DNA from: Escherichia coli 042 | GTDB lineage: Bacteria > Pseudomonadota > Gammaproteobacteria > Enterobacterales > Enterobacteriaceae | Reading direction: 5' to 3' (one strand) | DNA length: 64,000 nucleotides | NCBI RefSeq assembly: GCF_000027125.1 | Contig: NC_017626.1 | Shown here: piece after piece, positions 46,022 through 57,156 of the stretch | Layout: each line of letters begins with the position of its first letter | Position numbering within the stretch: the first letter of the stretch is position 1 | Made by a program: the position numbers and the translations under genes | The notes under the pieces: generated by a model | Seen by the model: the letters and a program-made list of their open reading frames with translations, nothing else | Databases searched by the model: none | What the model was told of the DNA's origin: nothing

Positions 46022-46644
46022 TCAGCCCTCTCGTTCCTGCAACATAATTTTCCAGTCAAACGAAAAACCTTTTATTCATGTCATACCAACAATCACCAGC
46101 CTCCTGACGATACCTCCCACCATGTTTTGCGATGGCACGCTACCGCCCTTCCGGTATTTACCCGCATCAACTGGTACCAGAATGCTGAGCAATAAATCTG
46201 CCAATTTTTAGCTGACTTATTTTTGATCATTATAGAATAATGATCTGAACTACAGCAATATGACAGATTTATCGATCGATATAACACAAATGAACAGTTC
46301 TTTATTCTGTCATATATCGCAAAAACAGCACATTGCAAAATTTATAACCATAATTAATGGAAAAGTGCAGAAAATTATTCCACTGAATGCTCAGTTGGTT
46401 AGCTAAAAAAATAGCAATTTTTGATTTCAGTCATTGAAAATTGCAATGCATGACGATTCAACAGCATTTAAGTGAGTTTCAGGATATGGGAAGGACATGA
46501 AAGGAGGAGCGCAATAAAATATACAGGAAGAAGGGGAAAATGTTTCGTAAAAACAGAAAATTAACAGCGCACATCAGGAAACGCAGTCTCCTGATTCAGT
46601 GCTACCACATGAAAATTTAGTTAACTGTTACCGTACTAAAATTT

Positions 46645-46836
46645 ATGTCAGAAGATGTTCCATTACCGAAAGTCAATCAGCGATACAAAGACGATCATGG
46701 TGCGCTTGTCACCGTGACCAGTGTTGAGGAAACCCGGGTGGTGTTTATGCGGGACGGCTATCCGCATCCCTGCATGCGACCGATGTACAACTTTCTGGGA
46801 AAATTCAAACCCGCCCCCCGGGAAGAAACAGAATAA
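46645..46836 (+). CDS. small hypothetical protein
   Basis: 63-aa ORF preceded by an AT-rich region; no domain recognised. Confidence 0.3.
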   Translation: MSEDVPLPKVNQRYKDDHGALVTVTSVEETRVVFMRDGYPHPCMRPMYNFLGKFKPAPREETE

Positions 46837-46888
46837 AACGAAATCCCTGCCGGCAATCACACTGCCTGATGGCAGCATAATCCACTTA

Positions 46889-47122
46889 TTAATTCTCATC
46901 TCCGGAGACAAGCCCTGAAAACCACTCAGGGTGTTCACTGTATGCCGTGTTCAGCGCATCCCAGGAAACGTTTATATAAAAGCTGTCCTGCAATTTCCGG
47001 GTAACCACCTCTGCCAGGCGGTTCCGGTTATCCGCCAGTCCGGCATAACCTCTCTCTGTCAGCCACTCATTCAGTTCATGTTTCAGAGACAGATTAATAA
47101 TATCATAATCGGACCTTGCCAT
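46889..47122 (-). CDS. hypothetical protein
   Basis: Track ORF 46889..47197; plausible start at MARSDYDIINLSLKHELNEW; downstream of and co-oriented with 47218..47877. Confidence 0.3.
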   Translation of the reverse strand: MARSDYDIINLSLKHELNEWLTERGYAGLADNRNRLAEVVTRKLQDSFYINVSWDALNTAYSEHPEWFSGLVSGDEN

Positions 47123-47217
47123 TCCCGTTTCCTTAGCACATATTTTCAGGCACGGGGATAAAGTATAAAGAATGTCGTACTGCTGCTGCCAGAGCAATAT
47201 TCCCCCTGATGGTTGTA

Positions 47218-47877
47218 TCAGAGATGGTATGCCGGTACTTTGCGGGTTGTTCCTGTCAGGTTATCGTGCACCTCCACGGTCGTGGTCACCACCGGCATTC
47301 CGGCCTTTCTCAGCCTCAGAACATCAGCCGCAATACGCTGACTGCCAAACCAGAACAGGCCGTCCAGTGCAGTCACCAGTAAACCCGCCTCCAGTGCATA
47401 CTTCAGCCGTTCACGGGGCGCTTTCACTTCCCGGGCAACCTGCTGATATGGCAATGATGTGTTTTCATTCCCAACCACGCGACGAATACGGTGAGACAGA
47501 TGATACCGGAATGTATCCGGCACACCAGAAAGGCTGGCCTTCAGGCTGTACACGCAACCAAACCGTTTATCGTTAAACACCACATTTTTCTGGCTGATGC
47601 CCCATTCTTCACGCAGCGCGGCAATCAGTTGTGGTGTCCGGGTAAGCAGCAAGCGAAAAGGCAGTTCAAAACTGGTGACGTAATCCACATTCAGCAGTGC
47701 AATACGCAGCCGTTCTTCTGGCCCGGCCTCTGTCTGCCGGCACTCCTCCAGAACATCCTGCCACTGCTGGCGAAGACGGGAAGACTCATTCAGCTCAGTA
47801 AAACTGTATTTATCCGCCAGATAGTCAATTCGTGTACGCATACTGAAGAGCATTCCGTATAAAGATTCAGCTGGCAA
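47218..47877 (-). CDS. hypothetical protein
   Basis: 219-aa ORF, co-oriented with neighbours; no motif recognised. Confidence 0.4.
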   Translation of the reverse strand: MPAESLYGMLFSMRTRIDYLADKYSFTELNESSRLRQQWQDVLEECRQTEAGPEERLRIALLNVDYVTSFELPFRLLLTRTPQLIAALREEWGISQKNVVFNDKRFGCVYSLKASLSGVPDTFRYHLSHRIRRVVGNENTSLPYQQVAREVKAPRERLKYALEAGLLVTALDGLFWFGSQRIAADVLRLRKAGMPVVTTTVEVHDNLTGTTRKVPAYHL

Positions 47878-48108
47878 AACTTTATCAGTCCATAAAAATC
47901 AACGGAAGCGCAGATGGTTCACACGTCCATTACCAACTGATTGTTGTCACAACCGGTAACACAAAGGACTGAACGACTGTTTTTAACAGCGGTGTTGCGT
48001 CATCCACCACCGTGAAACAACGCTGTGCAGGGAATCGTCCGCATCCCCATAACGGTCAAACATCGTGGCGTTGACAGAATGACCGACGAAAAGCCAGAAA
48101 GCGCTGAT

Positions 48109-48657
48109 TCACTGAGCTGTAATCAATGTACAGCGCTGTACCGGACGATGGGTAATGGCGGTCACAACCGGTAACCCCAGAGACAATGCGACTGTTTTTA
48201 ACGCAACATACTGACCGGATGTATCACCCCGGGCAACCCGAAAACACCTTTCCACCCGGCATTGTCCGCCAGCACTTATCACCTGCCAGCTATGTTGCAG
48301 TAAATCCACCACTTGCGAACATTGTTCATCAACTGTGACACTGGCTCGCGGGTGACAAATACTCGTCTGGCTGAGCAGCAACAGGCATCGAATTGTTGCT
48401 CCTTCATGTTGTTCCCGCAACCAGCGTAATACCACCGGAGAGGATGGACTGGCAGTGTGATTACGCTCAGTAATACGTTCATGCAGTTGTCGATAAAAGG
48501 AAGTACAGAATGCCTGAATCTGTTGCCCGTTGATGTTTCCTTCAGCCGAATGGAGCGTGAAGTGGACTGCCAGCAGACGCGGCCAGTGGTCCACCGCCTG
48601 CTGAACAAAACGCCGGATGTCTCCCGGCTCTGAAATTAAGGCTTCGGTTATTTGCAC
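48109..48657 (-). CDS. hypothetical protein
   Basis: 182-aa ORF with GTG start at 48657; its 5' end and upstream region are duplicated at 61420..61514. Confidence 0.45.
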   Translation of the reverse strand: MQITEALISEPGDIRRFVQQAVDHWPRLLAVHFTLHSAEGNINGQQIQAFCTSFYRQLHERITERNHTASPSSPVVLRWLREQHEGATIRCLLLLSQTSICHPRASVTVDEQCSQVVDLLQHSWQVISAGGQCRVERCFRVARGDTSGQYVALKTVALSLGLPVVTAITHRPVQRCTLITAQ

Positions 48658-48732
48658 GAAATGTTCCTTTTCAAACCCTGTTGAATTTTGTTAAGCCAGT
48701 GCAGACACAGTAAAGCGCGCATCAACACCTGA
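48641..48732. repeat. left copy of ~95-bp imperfect direct repeat flanking the microcin cluster
   Basis: gcttcggttatttgcac...tgttgaattttgttaagcc.gtgcagacaca...gcgcatcaacacc shared with 61420..61514 (identical blocks of 17, 19 and 11 nt). Confidence 0.7.
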
Positions 48733-49087
48733 AATGATGGTTTTATTCAGAGTATATGACTTTCTTTTACCCGCTCAAGATACGTTCCCTAGCGATATCA
48801 TCAGAAGTTTATGTGTTGTGTATCCATCCATATTAATCTGGTTCCAGTTTTCGGTATATGTCATGAGGAAACATTACAAATATATTCTGGAGCGGAGAAA
48901 GGAAATTGAAACCGTTTCAGAAAGGTTGATACGTGAGGCTGATACGAGAGAATATGAACTATGGCGTCCTGCCCGTCGTTTTTTCTCCATTCTTTTTATT
49001 GTTCTATTAGTTTATATTCATTCACTGATAACAACTATAAAATAAAAATTATGGCTGTTCTGATACCGGAGAAGAAACGTTCATTCT

Positions 49088-49806
49088 ATGGTTACCTCTT
49101 CCTGTTATATAAAAATTTTAAATAACAAGCAAGGGAATATAAATGGAAATAACAAAAAATGCAACATAAAAACAGTCATCAGCGGCTGCTTTTTAATGTT
49201 TACTTTATCATTTTCTATTACCTTTATTCCTGCATTCCTTACAAACAGGCAGGAACTTATATCCAGGGGACTTCTTGTTCCAGCATTATTTCTTGCTGAA
49301 TTTCTAATTCTTGTTCCACTGTATTTTATTTTCTTCCGAAAAAGAGAAGGATTAGGAAGAGGTTCTTTTCGACCGGATGTTTTTTACTCTTTTCTCTTTA
49401 ATAATGATTATTCAGTTATTTGTCCCTTATCTGCTGGCAGTGAGGAAAACGGAAGAATGGATGATCTCGCAAATGTCTTTTTCTGAGGCCATTTTATGTT
49501 TCTTCTGTACTTCTATGTTCCTGTATATGAAGAGATTGTATTTCGAGGGTGTTTTTTTAATTCTTTATAATTCTGGTTTAATGACAATATTTACATCTCT
49601 GCCATTGTAACATCAGTCATATTCTCTGCATTGCATCTACAATATACTGACTTTCGTACATTTTTTATGCTCTTTTTAGTATCGTTAGTTCTTATTAGCG
49701 CACAAATAAAGTCGAATGGTCTGTTAATGCCCATATTACTTCACATGGCGATGAATGCAGTCATAGCAGGAATACAATATCTAGCTTATATCAGTTATTC
49801 CCATTA
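49088..49806 (+). pseudogene. possible CPBP (CAAX-protease/Abi)-family membrane protein, apparently frameshifted
   Basis: Three successive overlapping frames of hydrophobic ORFs; the last (49617..49806) reads ...FSALHLQYTDF...LLHMAMNAVIAG, resembling CPBP motifs 2 and 3; motif 1 not clearly seen. Confidence 0.3.
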
Positions 49807-50002
49807 ACAGAGCATTTTCTGTTACAATCTCATATGATAAAAATTAAACGGACTAGCATTGTTACTATGCGGTATGCATAAAATGATAAACGTTCGGAGG
49901 AGCCTAACTTAAACCATTACATAGGCATCATTAACAATATAAGGTTTAATTTCCACTCCCCGCAGACGAAGAAGCACTTGATGTACATCTGCCGGATCCA
50001 AA

Positions 50003-50224
50003 CTAGGATGATAATCCTATACCTGAGGGAGACATGGAGGGACTAACCGTCGCAGTCGTTGCCCATGAATGTACTTTATCACCTATATAAGCCCCTGCAA
50101 TAGAACCAAATCCCGGGCTAATAAACGTACCTGCAAGTGAACCAATAGCAATTAATTCTGCCTGCCCGTCATTCCCGTCACCTCCAGATATTTGTTTTAT
50201 TTCATTTTCAGATAGTTTTCTCAT
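50003..50224 (-). CDS. mcmA: microcin M precursor (class IIb siderophore-microcin)
   Basis: MRKLSENEIKQISGG double-glycine leader and Ser-rich C-terminus ...MSPSGIGLSS; recognised as microcin M precursor; ATG at 50224 with aaggtg RBS; the track ORF extends in-frame upstream from a TTG. Confidence 0.8.
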   Translation of the reverse strand: MRKLSENEIKQISGGDGNDGQAELIAIGSLAGTFISPGFGSIAGAYIGDKVHSWATTATVSPSMSPSGIGLSS

Positions 50225-50285
50225 TTCAACACCTTCGCTATAAAATTTGTGAAGAAGTAAAAATTCACGTTTAACCACAACGATA

Positions 50286-50441
50286 AAAATGTAACTACAA
50301 GTGATAAAAAAACATATATAGATTAAAAAAATTATATCTATAGTAATAACTAAGATATAATGACACCGGAATATAAAAGAACAGATAATTGATAACAAAA
50401 GCAATCACTGTTATTTTTATATCCTTCTTAACCTCCCCCAT
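50286..50441 (-). CDS. candidate microcin M immunity peptide (51 aa, hydrophobic)
   Basis: Hand-translated ORF MGEVKKDIKITVIAFVINYLFFYIPVSLYLSYYYRYNFFNLYMFFYHL between mchF and mcmA with ggag RBS; below the track cutoff; the known immunity protein length was not verified. Confidence 0.35.
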
Positions 50442-50476
50442 CGACAAAACTCCTTACAAAGTTACACCAGTGGATT

Positions 50477-52573
50477 TTAAATAGAAATAATCCTGTCAAC
50501 AGTTCTCAACGTAGTTTCTCTGTGTGCAATAATCACCCGGGTGATATTCATTTTTTTTATGGCAGCATTCACGAAACGTTCACTTTCTGTATCAAGAGAA
50601 CTTGTAGCCTCATCCATAAATAATATTCCAGGTTTCCGGTATAAAGCTCGGGCAATGAATATACGCTGTTTTTGACCGCCGGAAAGACCTTCCCCCAGTT
50701 CACCTATTAACGTTTCATACCCCATTGGCATTTTCATTATCACATCATGAATATGACTTGCTCTGGCACATTCTGTCATCCATTCGTCGTCTGTTTCTTC
50801 TGCAAACCCACAGATATTTTCACGAATTGATCCTGAAAATAGCCGGTCGTCCTGCATAACACAGGCTATCATACGGTGATAATTATTTATTCCAAGTTGA
50901 CGTATATCCGTGCCATTAACCAGTACTTTTCCACTATCTGGTTCAAACAGTCCACATAATACTTTCATTAATGTGGTTTTTCCGGCACCGGAGGCACCAG
51001 TTATAGCCACACTTTCTCCCGGAGCCACAGACAAATTCAGACCACTGAATACCTGTGCTGACTGGCTGTCATACCGGTAGCTTAAATCAGTGGTTTCCAG
51101 TGAAACCGGGCTCATGTCAGCAACGATTTCAATTTCCGGTTTCTTTTCTTCCTTTTCATGTAGTGCAATATCTGCAATGCGCTCATTATGCAGACTCATT
51201 ATTCTCAGTTGAAGAAGAAAACTGGTCAGCGAAGCAACCCGATCCGAAAACTGCCCACGAAAAGAACCAAATGCCACAAACATCCCTATTGTCATCTGAT
51301 TATCGATCACAAGGCTTGCACCCAGCCATAAAATCGCCACCTGATCACAGGCGGCAACAAAAGTATTTATCCCCCCGAAGAGCAAATCCATCTTGGTTAA
51401 CTTAATACCTGAATTGATCGCATCTATTTTCAGGTTAAGCCAGTGTGTTCCCCGGATCCCAGCCATACCTTGGATTTTTACCGTGGCAATACCATACAGG
51501 CTTTCCATAAAATAGGAGCTGGCCCGGGCCCCCCTGACAAGAGTTTCTTCCGATATTTGCCGGTAATAGCCGTATGTCACCAGACGAATAAGAACGTAAA
51601 CCATGGTAAAACCGAGCACTATCCAGGTAAGATATCCTCCATATAACAGCATCATCACAAAAACACCCACAACCATAATACTGTCCATGATTGCCCCAAC
51701 CACACAGGTGGTAAAGGTGGCCCTCAAAGTGTCAAGGGAGCCAAAACGCGACTGGATATCACCTAATTTACGGCGTTCAAAAAACGCCAGCGGCAGTCTG
51801 AGAAGATGGTTAAACAGACCCGACTGCCACTGTATATTGATGAGCGTGCTCATAACCAGTGAGGACCATGCACGCAGCATACTCACCGCGGCCCTGAGCA
51901 ATATAAAGAACATCAGGCCAGCAGAAATAAGCGTCAGCAGCCCTCTGTCCCCCGCCGGAATCGCATGATCCATAACCAGCTGAGTCCCCACCGGCATTAC
52001 CAGATTGATTGCTTCAATTACAACTGACAGACAGAAAATTTTCGCCAGTGTTCTTTTAATACCGTAAATACTGTTAATCAGTGAACGGAGACTTATGCGG
52101 ATCTGCTGGGTTTCCGCCAGGAATTCACTTCCAGGCCAGACCTCAAGTGCAATGCCCGTAAAATACCGGCTCATTTCCTCCCGACCGAGATATCTTCTGC
52201 CTCTGGCCGGATCATGCAGTACATAACGGTTACGCTTTACGCTGACCAGCACGACAAAGTGACTGAAATCCCAGTGGAGAATACACGGCATTTTGAGGGC
52301 ACCAAGTTCATCCAGCTCCAGTGAAAGAGCCCGGGTGACCATCCCCAGCTGCTCCGCTATTCCATTGATTCCTGCAAGGTTTGCTCCACGGGCCGAGAGA
52401 TTAAACTTCCGGCGAAGAGATATCAGGTCAATATTCTTACCAAAATGACCGCATATCATTGCCAGGCAGGCCAGTCCACATTCAGCGGTCTCCGTCTGAT
52501 GAATAACCGGAACACGACGTCGCCAGCGCATATCAAGCTGATTTATAATTTGTCTGAAACTCCCGTTAGTCAT
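50477..52573 (-). CDS. mchF: microcin ABC exporter with N-terminal C39 peptidase domain (CvaB homolog)
   Basis: Track ORF 50477..52591; from [42 protein letters not shown] closely matches CvaB/MchF; Walker [10 protein letters not shown], signature LSGGQ. Confidence 0.85.
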   Translation of the reverse strand: MTNGSFRQIINQLDMRWRRRVPVIHQTETAECGLACLAMICGHFGKNIDLISLRRKFNLSARGANLAGINGIAEQLGMVTRALSLELDELGALKMPCILHWDFSHFVVLVSVKRNRYVLHDPARGRRYLGREEMSRYFTGIALEVWPGSEFLAETQQIRISLRSLINSIYGIKRTLAKIFCLSVVIEAINLVMPVGTQLVMDHAIPAGDRGLLTLISAGLMFFILLRAAVSMLRAWSSLVMSTLINIQWQSGLFNHLLRLPLAFFERRKLGDIQSRFGSLDTLRATFTTCVVGAIMDSIMVVGVFVMMLLYGGYLTWIVLGFTMVYVLIRLVTYGYYRQISEETLVRGARASSYFMESLYGIATVKIQGMAGIRGTHWLNLKIDAINSGIKLTKMDLLFGGINTFVAACDQVAILWLGASLVIDNQMTIGMFVAFGSFRGQFSDRVASLTSFLLQLRIMSLHNERIADIALHEKEEKKPEIEIVADMSPVSLETTDLSYRYDSQSAQVFSGLNLSVAPGESVAITGASGAGKTTLMKVLCGLFEPDSGKVLVNGTDIRQLGINNYHRMIACVMQDDRLFSGSIRENICGFAEETDDEWMTECARASHIHDVIMKMPMGYETLIGELGEGLSGGQKQRIFIARALYRKPGILFMDEATSSLDTESERFVNAAIKKMNITRVIIAHRETTLRTVDRIISI

Positions 52574-53840
52574 TGAGCGGTCCTGTTGCACTGTGTTTCA
52601 TGTCATAGAAAGGAGAAAGCATCCACTGGTAAATACGCCTTTTTTCCAGAAATAGTGTACTTTCGGCTTTCATTCCATTTTCCAGAGGGAGGTATTTTTC
52701 GTCATATCTGATAATCTGCTTTTCAGGCATCGCAATGACTTTATACCAGGGAACAGAGGCGCCCGGCGTATTCTGTGGTGCACCCTTATAGGTCAACATT
52801 TCCTGTGTTGACGCAGGAGTCCTGGATATAGTTTTAACCGTAGCAGAGAACTGCCCAAATTTTTCTGCCGGAAAGGCTTCATAACGAATATTCACTTTGT
52901 CACCAGCCGAAATATAAGGAACAGCATCATTTGGGACCCAGAGAATAAGATAATAGTTTTCAATGTTCTCAGGAATAACCTGCAGAAGGCTGTCTCCGGT
53001 ATTGACCATTTGCCCGACAGTGACACTCAGGGAGTCAACTTTCCCGTCAGTCAACGCCCGGATAATAATTTCGCCCTCCACATCAGTGTTAACCAGTTCT
53101 TTCTGTAACTCGTACCGTTGCAGTTCCATCTGGTAGATACGGTTATCAAAATCTGCAGCCTGAGTCTGAATCTGACTCTCCAGAGTGGTTATCTGCAGGG
53201 CATTCTGTTCGTTCTGTCCGCTCAGGCTGAGAAGATTGTTTTGTTGCTGATAATATAATGCCACCTGGTTAGTTAACTGATCTTTATTAATCAGCCCTTT
53301 TGCCTGATAGTTTCTGTAATTCTCCATATTGTTTTTCATTATTTTTATCCCTTCCTCTGCACGCTGTATAATATCTGATGAGCGACGAAACGCATCTGTG
53401 TATTGCAGACGTTGTTTTTCCAGGGTATCTAACGTTATTTTTTTACTTTCTTCCAGACGGGAAATAATGTTGTCCACACGAACCAGCTGATTTTCTATAT
53501 CCCGCCGATGATTATCAGTGACAATACCACTACGTGTACTTTTACTGATGTCAATCAGATAAACAGGATCCCCTTTTTTTATCAACTGCCCTTCATGAAC
53601 AAATTGCCTGACAACAAATCCCTGTACACCTGAATATATATTGACAGCTCTTGGCCAGGTTGTGACCTCACCACTGACATTAACACGGCGGCTATAGGTA
53701 CCAACAATAATGAACATCAGAAATGCCGTAATAAACACAATGCTTCCCAGCATGATTAACCATAGTGGTATTCCGGGAAGTAATATTGCCCGTCCCTGCC
53801 ACTTCATTTTTCTGTTTTCTAAAGCATCCTGACGAAACAA
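52566..53840 (-). CDS. mchE: microcin secretion membrane fusion protein (CvaA/HlyD family)
   Basis: 424 aa; [40 protein letters not shown] matches CvaA/MchE N-terminus; overlaps mchF start. Confidence 0.85.
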   Translation of the reverse strand: MFRQDALENRKMKWQGRAILLPGIPLWLIMLGSIVFITAFLMFIIVGTYSRRVNVSGEVTTWPRAVNIYSGVQGFVVRQFVHEGQLIKKGDPVYLIDISKSTRSGIVTDNHRRDIENQLVRVDNIISRLEESKKITLDTLEKQRLQYTDAFRRSSDIIQRAEEGIKIMKNNMENYRNYQAKGLINKDQLTNQVALYYQQQNNLLSLSGQNEQNALQITTLESQIQTQAADFDNRIYQMELQRYELQKELVNTDVEGEIIIRALTDGKVDSLSVTVGQMVNTGDSLLQVIPENIENYYLILWVPNDAVPYISAGDKVNIRYEAFPAEKFGQFSATVKTISRTPASTQEMLTYKGAPQNTPGASVPWYKVIAMPEKQIIRYDEKYLPLENGMKAESTLFLEKRRIYQWMLSPFYDMKHSATGPLND

Positions 53841-53992
53841 AATAGCTCCTCTTACTCACACTTTTCCTGTAATACCTTCACTGATTAACCGAAACGCTAT
53901 AATCAAAGCCAGAAAATACAGAGTCCTGTCAAAATAGTATCAGCGATGCATTTACCCCGTAATTTACAATTATCTCTGTATCTTCAGAGGTA

Positions 53993-54445
53993 CTACGTTT
54001 TATGCAGCCGCTCAGGGATGTATGTCACAATTTTCTTTCGCCTGCTTAACCATCGTACTTCTCCTTCCCCCCATGGCTGAAGCTGTATGAGATAGTCAAT
54101 AACTTTTCGACCAAAGCCTGGTTTACAACAGAAATCCAGGATCCAGATCCTTCCATCTTCATTCCATTCAGACGGATGCAACCTGAATTCTGGATCCCTG
54201 AGCAGGCGCGCTTCCGTATCAGCCTCAAGATATGCCCAGGTTATATACGCCAGTGGAAAACCTCGTGAATCAAACAGGAATTTAATCTGATTATGCTGTA
54301 TCGCATATTCAGTCCAGTATTGAATGGTTAACACCGGATACAGACTGTAATTACGATTGTAGAGCATACAACTGACCGCAAAACCTATCTGTTCATAAAC
54401 AGTCCATTCATCTTTTCCTCTGATGGTTTCCCTTATATAAGACAT
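53993..54445 (-). CDS. mchD: microcin maturation protein (MchD/MceI-like)
   Basis: 150-aa ORF between mchC and mchE in the canonical mchCDEF order. Confidence 0.55.
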   Translation of the reverse strand: MSYIRETIRGKDEWTVYEQIGFAVSCMLYNRNYSLYPVLTIQYWTEYAIQHNQIKFLFDSRGFPLAYITWAYLEADTEARLLRDPEFRLHPSEWNEDGRIWILDFCCKPGFGRKVIDYLIQLQPWGEGEVRWLSRRKKIVTYIPERLHKT

Positions 54446-54470
54446 GATTACTATTTCCCTTATATATTTA

Positions 54471-56021
54471 TTACACTGTGTTTCTTATCGGTTCAAGATA
54501 TCCAAATGCATCTCTGGAAAACTTAAGCATAAAATTTTTCATATCAGAAATTGCTTCTTGTAAAAAAAGGGGATCATCGCCATGATTATCCAGCAGGATG
54601 GCAATTTTTTCGCACATATTCTCTTTCCTCAGCTCTTCCCTGGGTTGCAGCCTTTTCATGGTATGATGTTCAATTTCTTTCAGGAGTAATGAAGCATTTA
54701 TCTGACGTCTGGTACTGCCTTGCGTCAGCCAGTGGATAGTCTGGGAAAAACACTGTTGTGCAACGGTGAAATAAACATCATTCTTGATGCTACTATTCAG
54801 TGCCTGCTTTTGATTATGCCTATGATGGATTAGCGTCACAACCAACTTTTGCAATGGTGAACCATCCTGATTGACAATATCTTGGGCATGTGATTTCTCG
54901 CAGTATTTATTGAGTAATGCAACAAAACTGTTAACCAGTTGTTTCAATATATCAGGTATCTCTTTTTGTGTTATAAATTCTCCAGGAATACCCAACAGTT
55001 CTAGATAACAGTAATAACATGCTTCATGAAAAGTTTTCTGAAATATCTCCTCAACCTTCAAACGGGCTGCAAGAGTGAAGTCAGGGTCAAACATATATTT
55101 TCCGATATACAAGCAGAGATCAGACAGCCCTTGCATAAGTACCATCGGTTCTTTTGCCAGTTCAGCTAATCTTAGTTTATACCCAAAATCAGCTGGGGAA
55201 TCTCCCGGAAACAGACAACTGAGTCCGTTAAAATCCATTAATCTGCCATCCATTGCAATATTAGAAGGAGAAGTTGTCAATCTCAGGAAACGTGTTCGAC
55301 AAAATGCCATTTGCCAGGCCTCACGACGTGCCAGTTCACATAATCCCTCAATGCAATAAATCCGGGGATCAGTTCGTGCTTCAGCATCAATTTCTTCCGG
55401 TGGTACAGGTAGATATCCTGGCAGCTTGTGGATCACAGATCTAACCCGACAGGCATCGTGAATTAACTGACTGGAATACTCCGGTTTTACTTGGAAGTAT
55501 GGTGCCCGTTCAAAATGCGCCGGGCGAACAACAGGCTCACGTACCAACAGGGCTCTTCGTGATTTCATACCGGAGCGCTCAAATGCCTTTTCAGTATAGA
55601 GATCTGTAAGTAAAACCGCCCGAACCCGCACAGCACTATAAGGTAATATTTGAGCCAGTACTTCTCCCCACAAAGCCTCATATATTGCATGAACAGCGCC
55701 GAGTGCACCATTAGAATGACGTTCGTCAGTACCTTCACCAACCAACGGATTACTTCCTATTCCTTTAACCTGGTAGTTACCATCAAACCCACAACGTGCA
55801 CCACCTCCATTACGCTGAATACCACTGCCACCATAGCGCTCTGCATGGAACACTTTGGCAGAAGCCGTACTGTCAGGATCGATAATATAACTGCAGGCAT
55901 TTTGCAGCTCGCCTGGATTTCTGACATCCTCTGCACACCAGATTAATGAGGACTTGATCTGCCTGGCAGTGAAAGGCACCAGGTTTTCATTCAGTTCAGA
56001 AAGTGAACACTGATGACTCAT
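54471..56021 (-). CDS. mchC: microcin maturation protein (MchC/MceJ-like)
   Basis: 516-aa ORF immediately downstream of mchB, size and position as for MchC. Confidence 0.55.
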   Translation of the reverse strand: MSHQCSLSELNENLVPFTARQIKSSLIWCAEDVRNPGELQNACSYIIDPDSTASAKVFHAERYGGSGIQRNGGGARCGFDGNYQVKGIGSNPLVGEGTDERHSNGALGAVHAIYEALWGEVLAQILPYSAVRVRAVLLTDLYTEKAFERSGMKSRRALLVREPVVRPAHFERAPYFQVKPEYSSQLIHDACRVRSVIHKLPGYLPVPPEEIDAEARTDPRIYCIEGLCELARREAWQMAFCRTRFLRLTTSPSNIAMDGRLMDFNGLSCLFPGDSPADFGYKLRLAELAKEPMVLMQGLSDLCLYIGKYMFDPDFTLAARLKVEEIFQKTFHEACYYCYLELLGIPGEFITQKEIPDILKQLVNSFVALLNKYCEKSHAQDIVNQDGSPLQKLVVTLIHHRHNQKQALNSSIKNDVYFTVAQQCFSQTIHWLTQGSTRRQINASLLLKEIEHHTMKRLQPREELRKENMCEKIAILLDNHGDDPLFLQEAISDMKNFMLKFSRDAFGYLEPIRNTV

Positions 56022-56291
56022 CTGGCAGTATTCTCCGTTTTAATTTTCATAAAAGAGTGTTCATAAAAGAGCAAGTAAGTGTCCTGACAGCTTCTTCCTT
56101 ATTACAGTAAAACTCTATTAATTACACATAAATTAATAATTATTTATCAACGACTGTAAATCATATCTTCATCAGTAAAGTGTTGAACATAAAAACACAC
56201 TTATAAATGGATCTTCTATCTGCTTTAAACGAAAGGGATATATTTTACAGGCACTATCGAAAAAGTGCCTGTAAAATAAATAAAATTATAA

Positions 56292-56519
56292 TTAGCTACC
56301 GCCACCAGCAGAAGAACTGGCACTACCACTTCCCACGGTCGAGCCAATTGCTGTTGTCAAACCGGCAGATACGGCTCCAACTACAACCCCAAGTGGACCA
56401 CCAGGTATTCCGGCGAGAGCTCCAACAATAGCTGCAGCACCTGCGGCATTAGCTGAAGTCGCTGGCGCACCTCCCGCCCCGGAAATATATCTTAACTGTG
56501 ATTCTGTTATTTCTCGCAT
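56292..56519 (-). CDS. mchB: microcin H47 precursor
   Basis: MREITESQLRYISGAGGAPATSANAAGAAAIVGALAGIPGGPLGVVVGAVSAGLTTAIGSTVGSGSASSSAGGGS; recognised as MchB; track ORF starts 22 codons upstream. Confidence 0.85.
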   Translation of the reverse strand: MREITESQLRYISGAGGAPATSANAAGAAAIVGALAGIPGGPLGVVVGAVSAGLTTAIGSTVGSGSASSSAGGGS

Positions 56520-56535
56520 ATAAACTCCATCATAT

Positions 56536-56745
56536 TTAACTTCCGTTTTTCCAGCCTGACCAGACCAGAATCTTTCGAATCCCATGAATCAGCTCAATAA
56601 AACCAAGAAATATTATAAAGCTTAGAAAAACGTCAACATAAGAATTCCCTTCGCCAACAATCCGAAGGGATGAAAGTGAAACCAATAAGATAGTAAGAGG
56701 TAAACTAAATATAGCCGTCAATTGGTACAGTTTTTTATAACTCAT
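56536..56745 (-). CDS. mchI: microcin H47 immunity protein
   Basis: 69-aa hydrophobic ORF MSYKKLYQLTAIFSLPLTILLVSLSSLRIVGEG... directly upstream of mchB. Confidence 0.8.
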   Translation of the reverse strand: MSYKKLYQLTAIFSLPLTILLVSLSSLRIVGEGNSYVDVFLSFIIFLGFIELIHGIRKILVWSGWKNGS

Positions 56746-57156
56746 TAATACCTACCTGTTGCTTTATTTTCATTATGAAAAGTTACCAAATCTTAGCGCT
56801 TCAGTCAGGGGAGTCAGGTCATCGATAAAGAATATTCCAGTAGAGTGGCGCTCATGATCAAAGACAACAGCAAAGTTGATGACAGTGCTGACCGACTGTC
56901 ATTTACAGTAACCCTGTTTGTAGCAAATTCCATCTTACCAGACCTCACCCAGACAAAGACAAAAGAGAATGATTGTTATTTACTTTTCAAAAAAAGTGTC
57001 ATATTGTCCATATAAAGTCAAGAGGTATTTTACGTTATGTAACTGATGCAATTGTTAGTCAGGATCTCATGGTTGTCGCTCATGTATAACCTGAGACTTG
57101 AACGTACACTAATAGCACTGACGGTCATACATCGGGAAATGTGAGGAGGCATAAGA

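Noticed and set aside
50225-50404. N-terminal 60 codons of the 133-aa track ORF fused to mcmA
   Set aside because: Starts at a TTG, and a proper ATG with RBS for mcmA lies at 50224; treated as untranslated upstream sequence, though see the finding on the immunity-gene ambiguity.
56746-57150. Search for the small mchX ORF expected upstream of mchI
   Set aside because: Hand translation of the minus strand gave only 12-14 codon ORFs; I could not identify a convincing mchX, so none is annotated.
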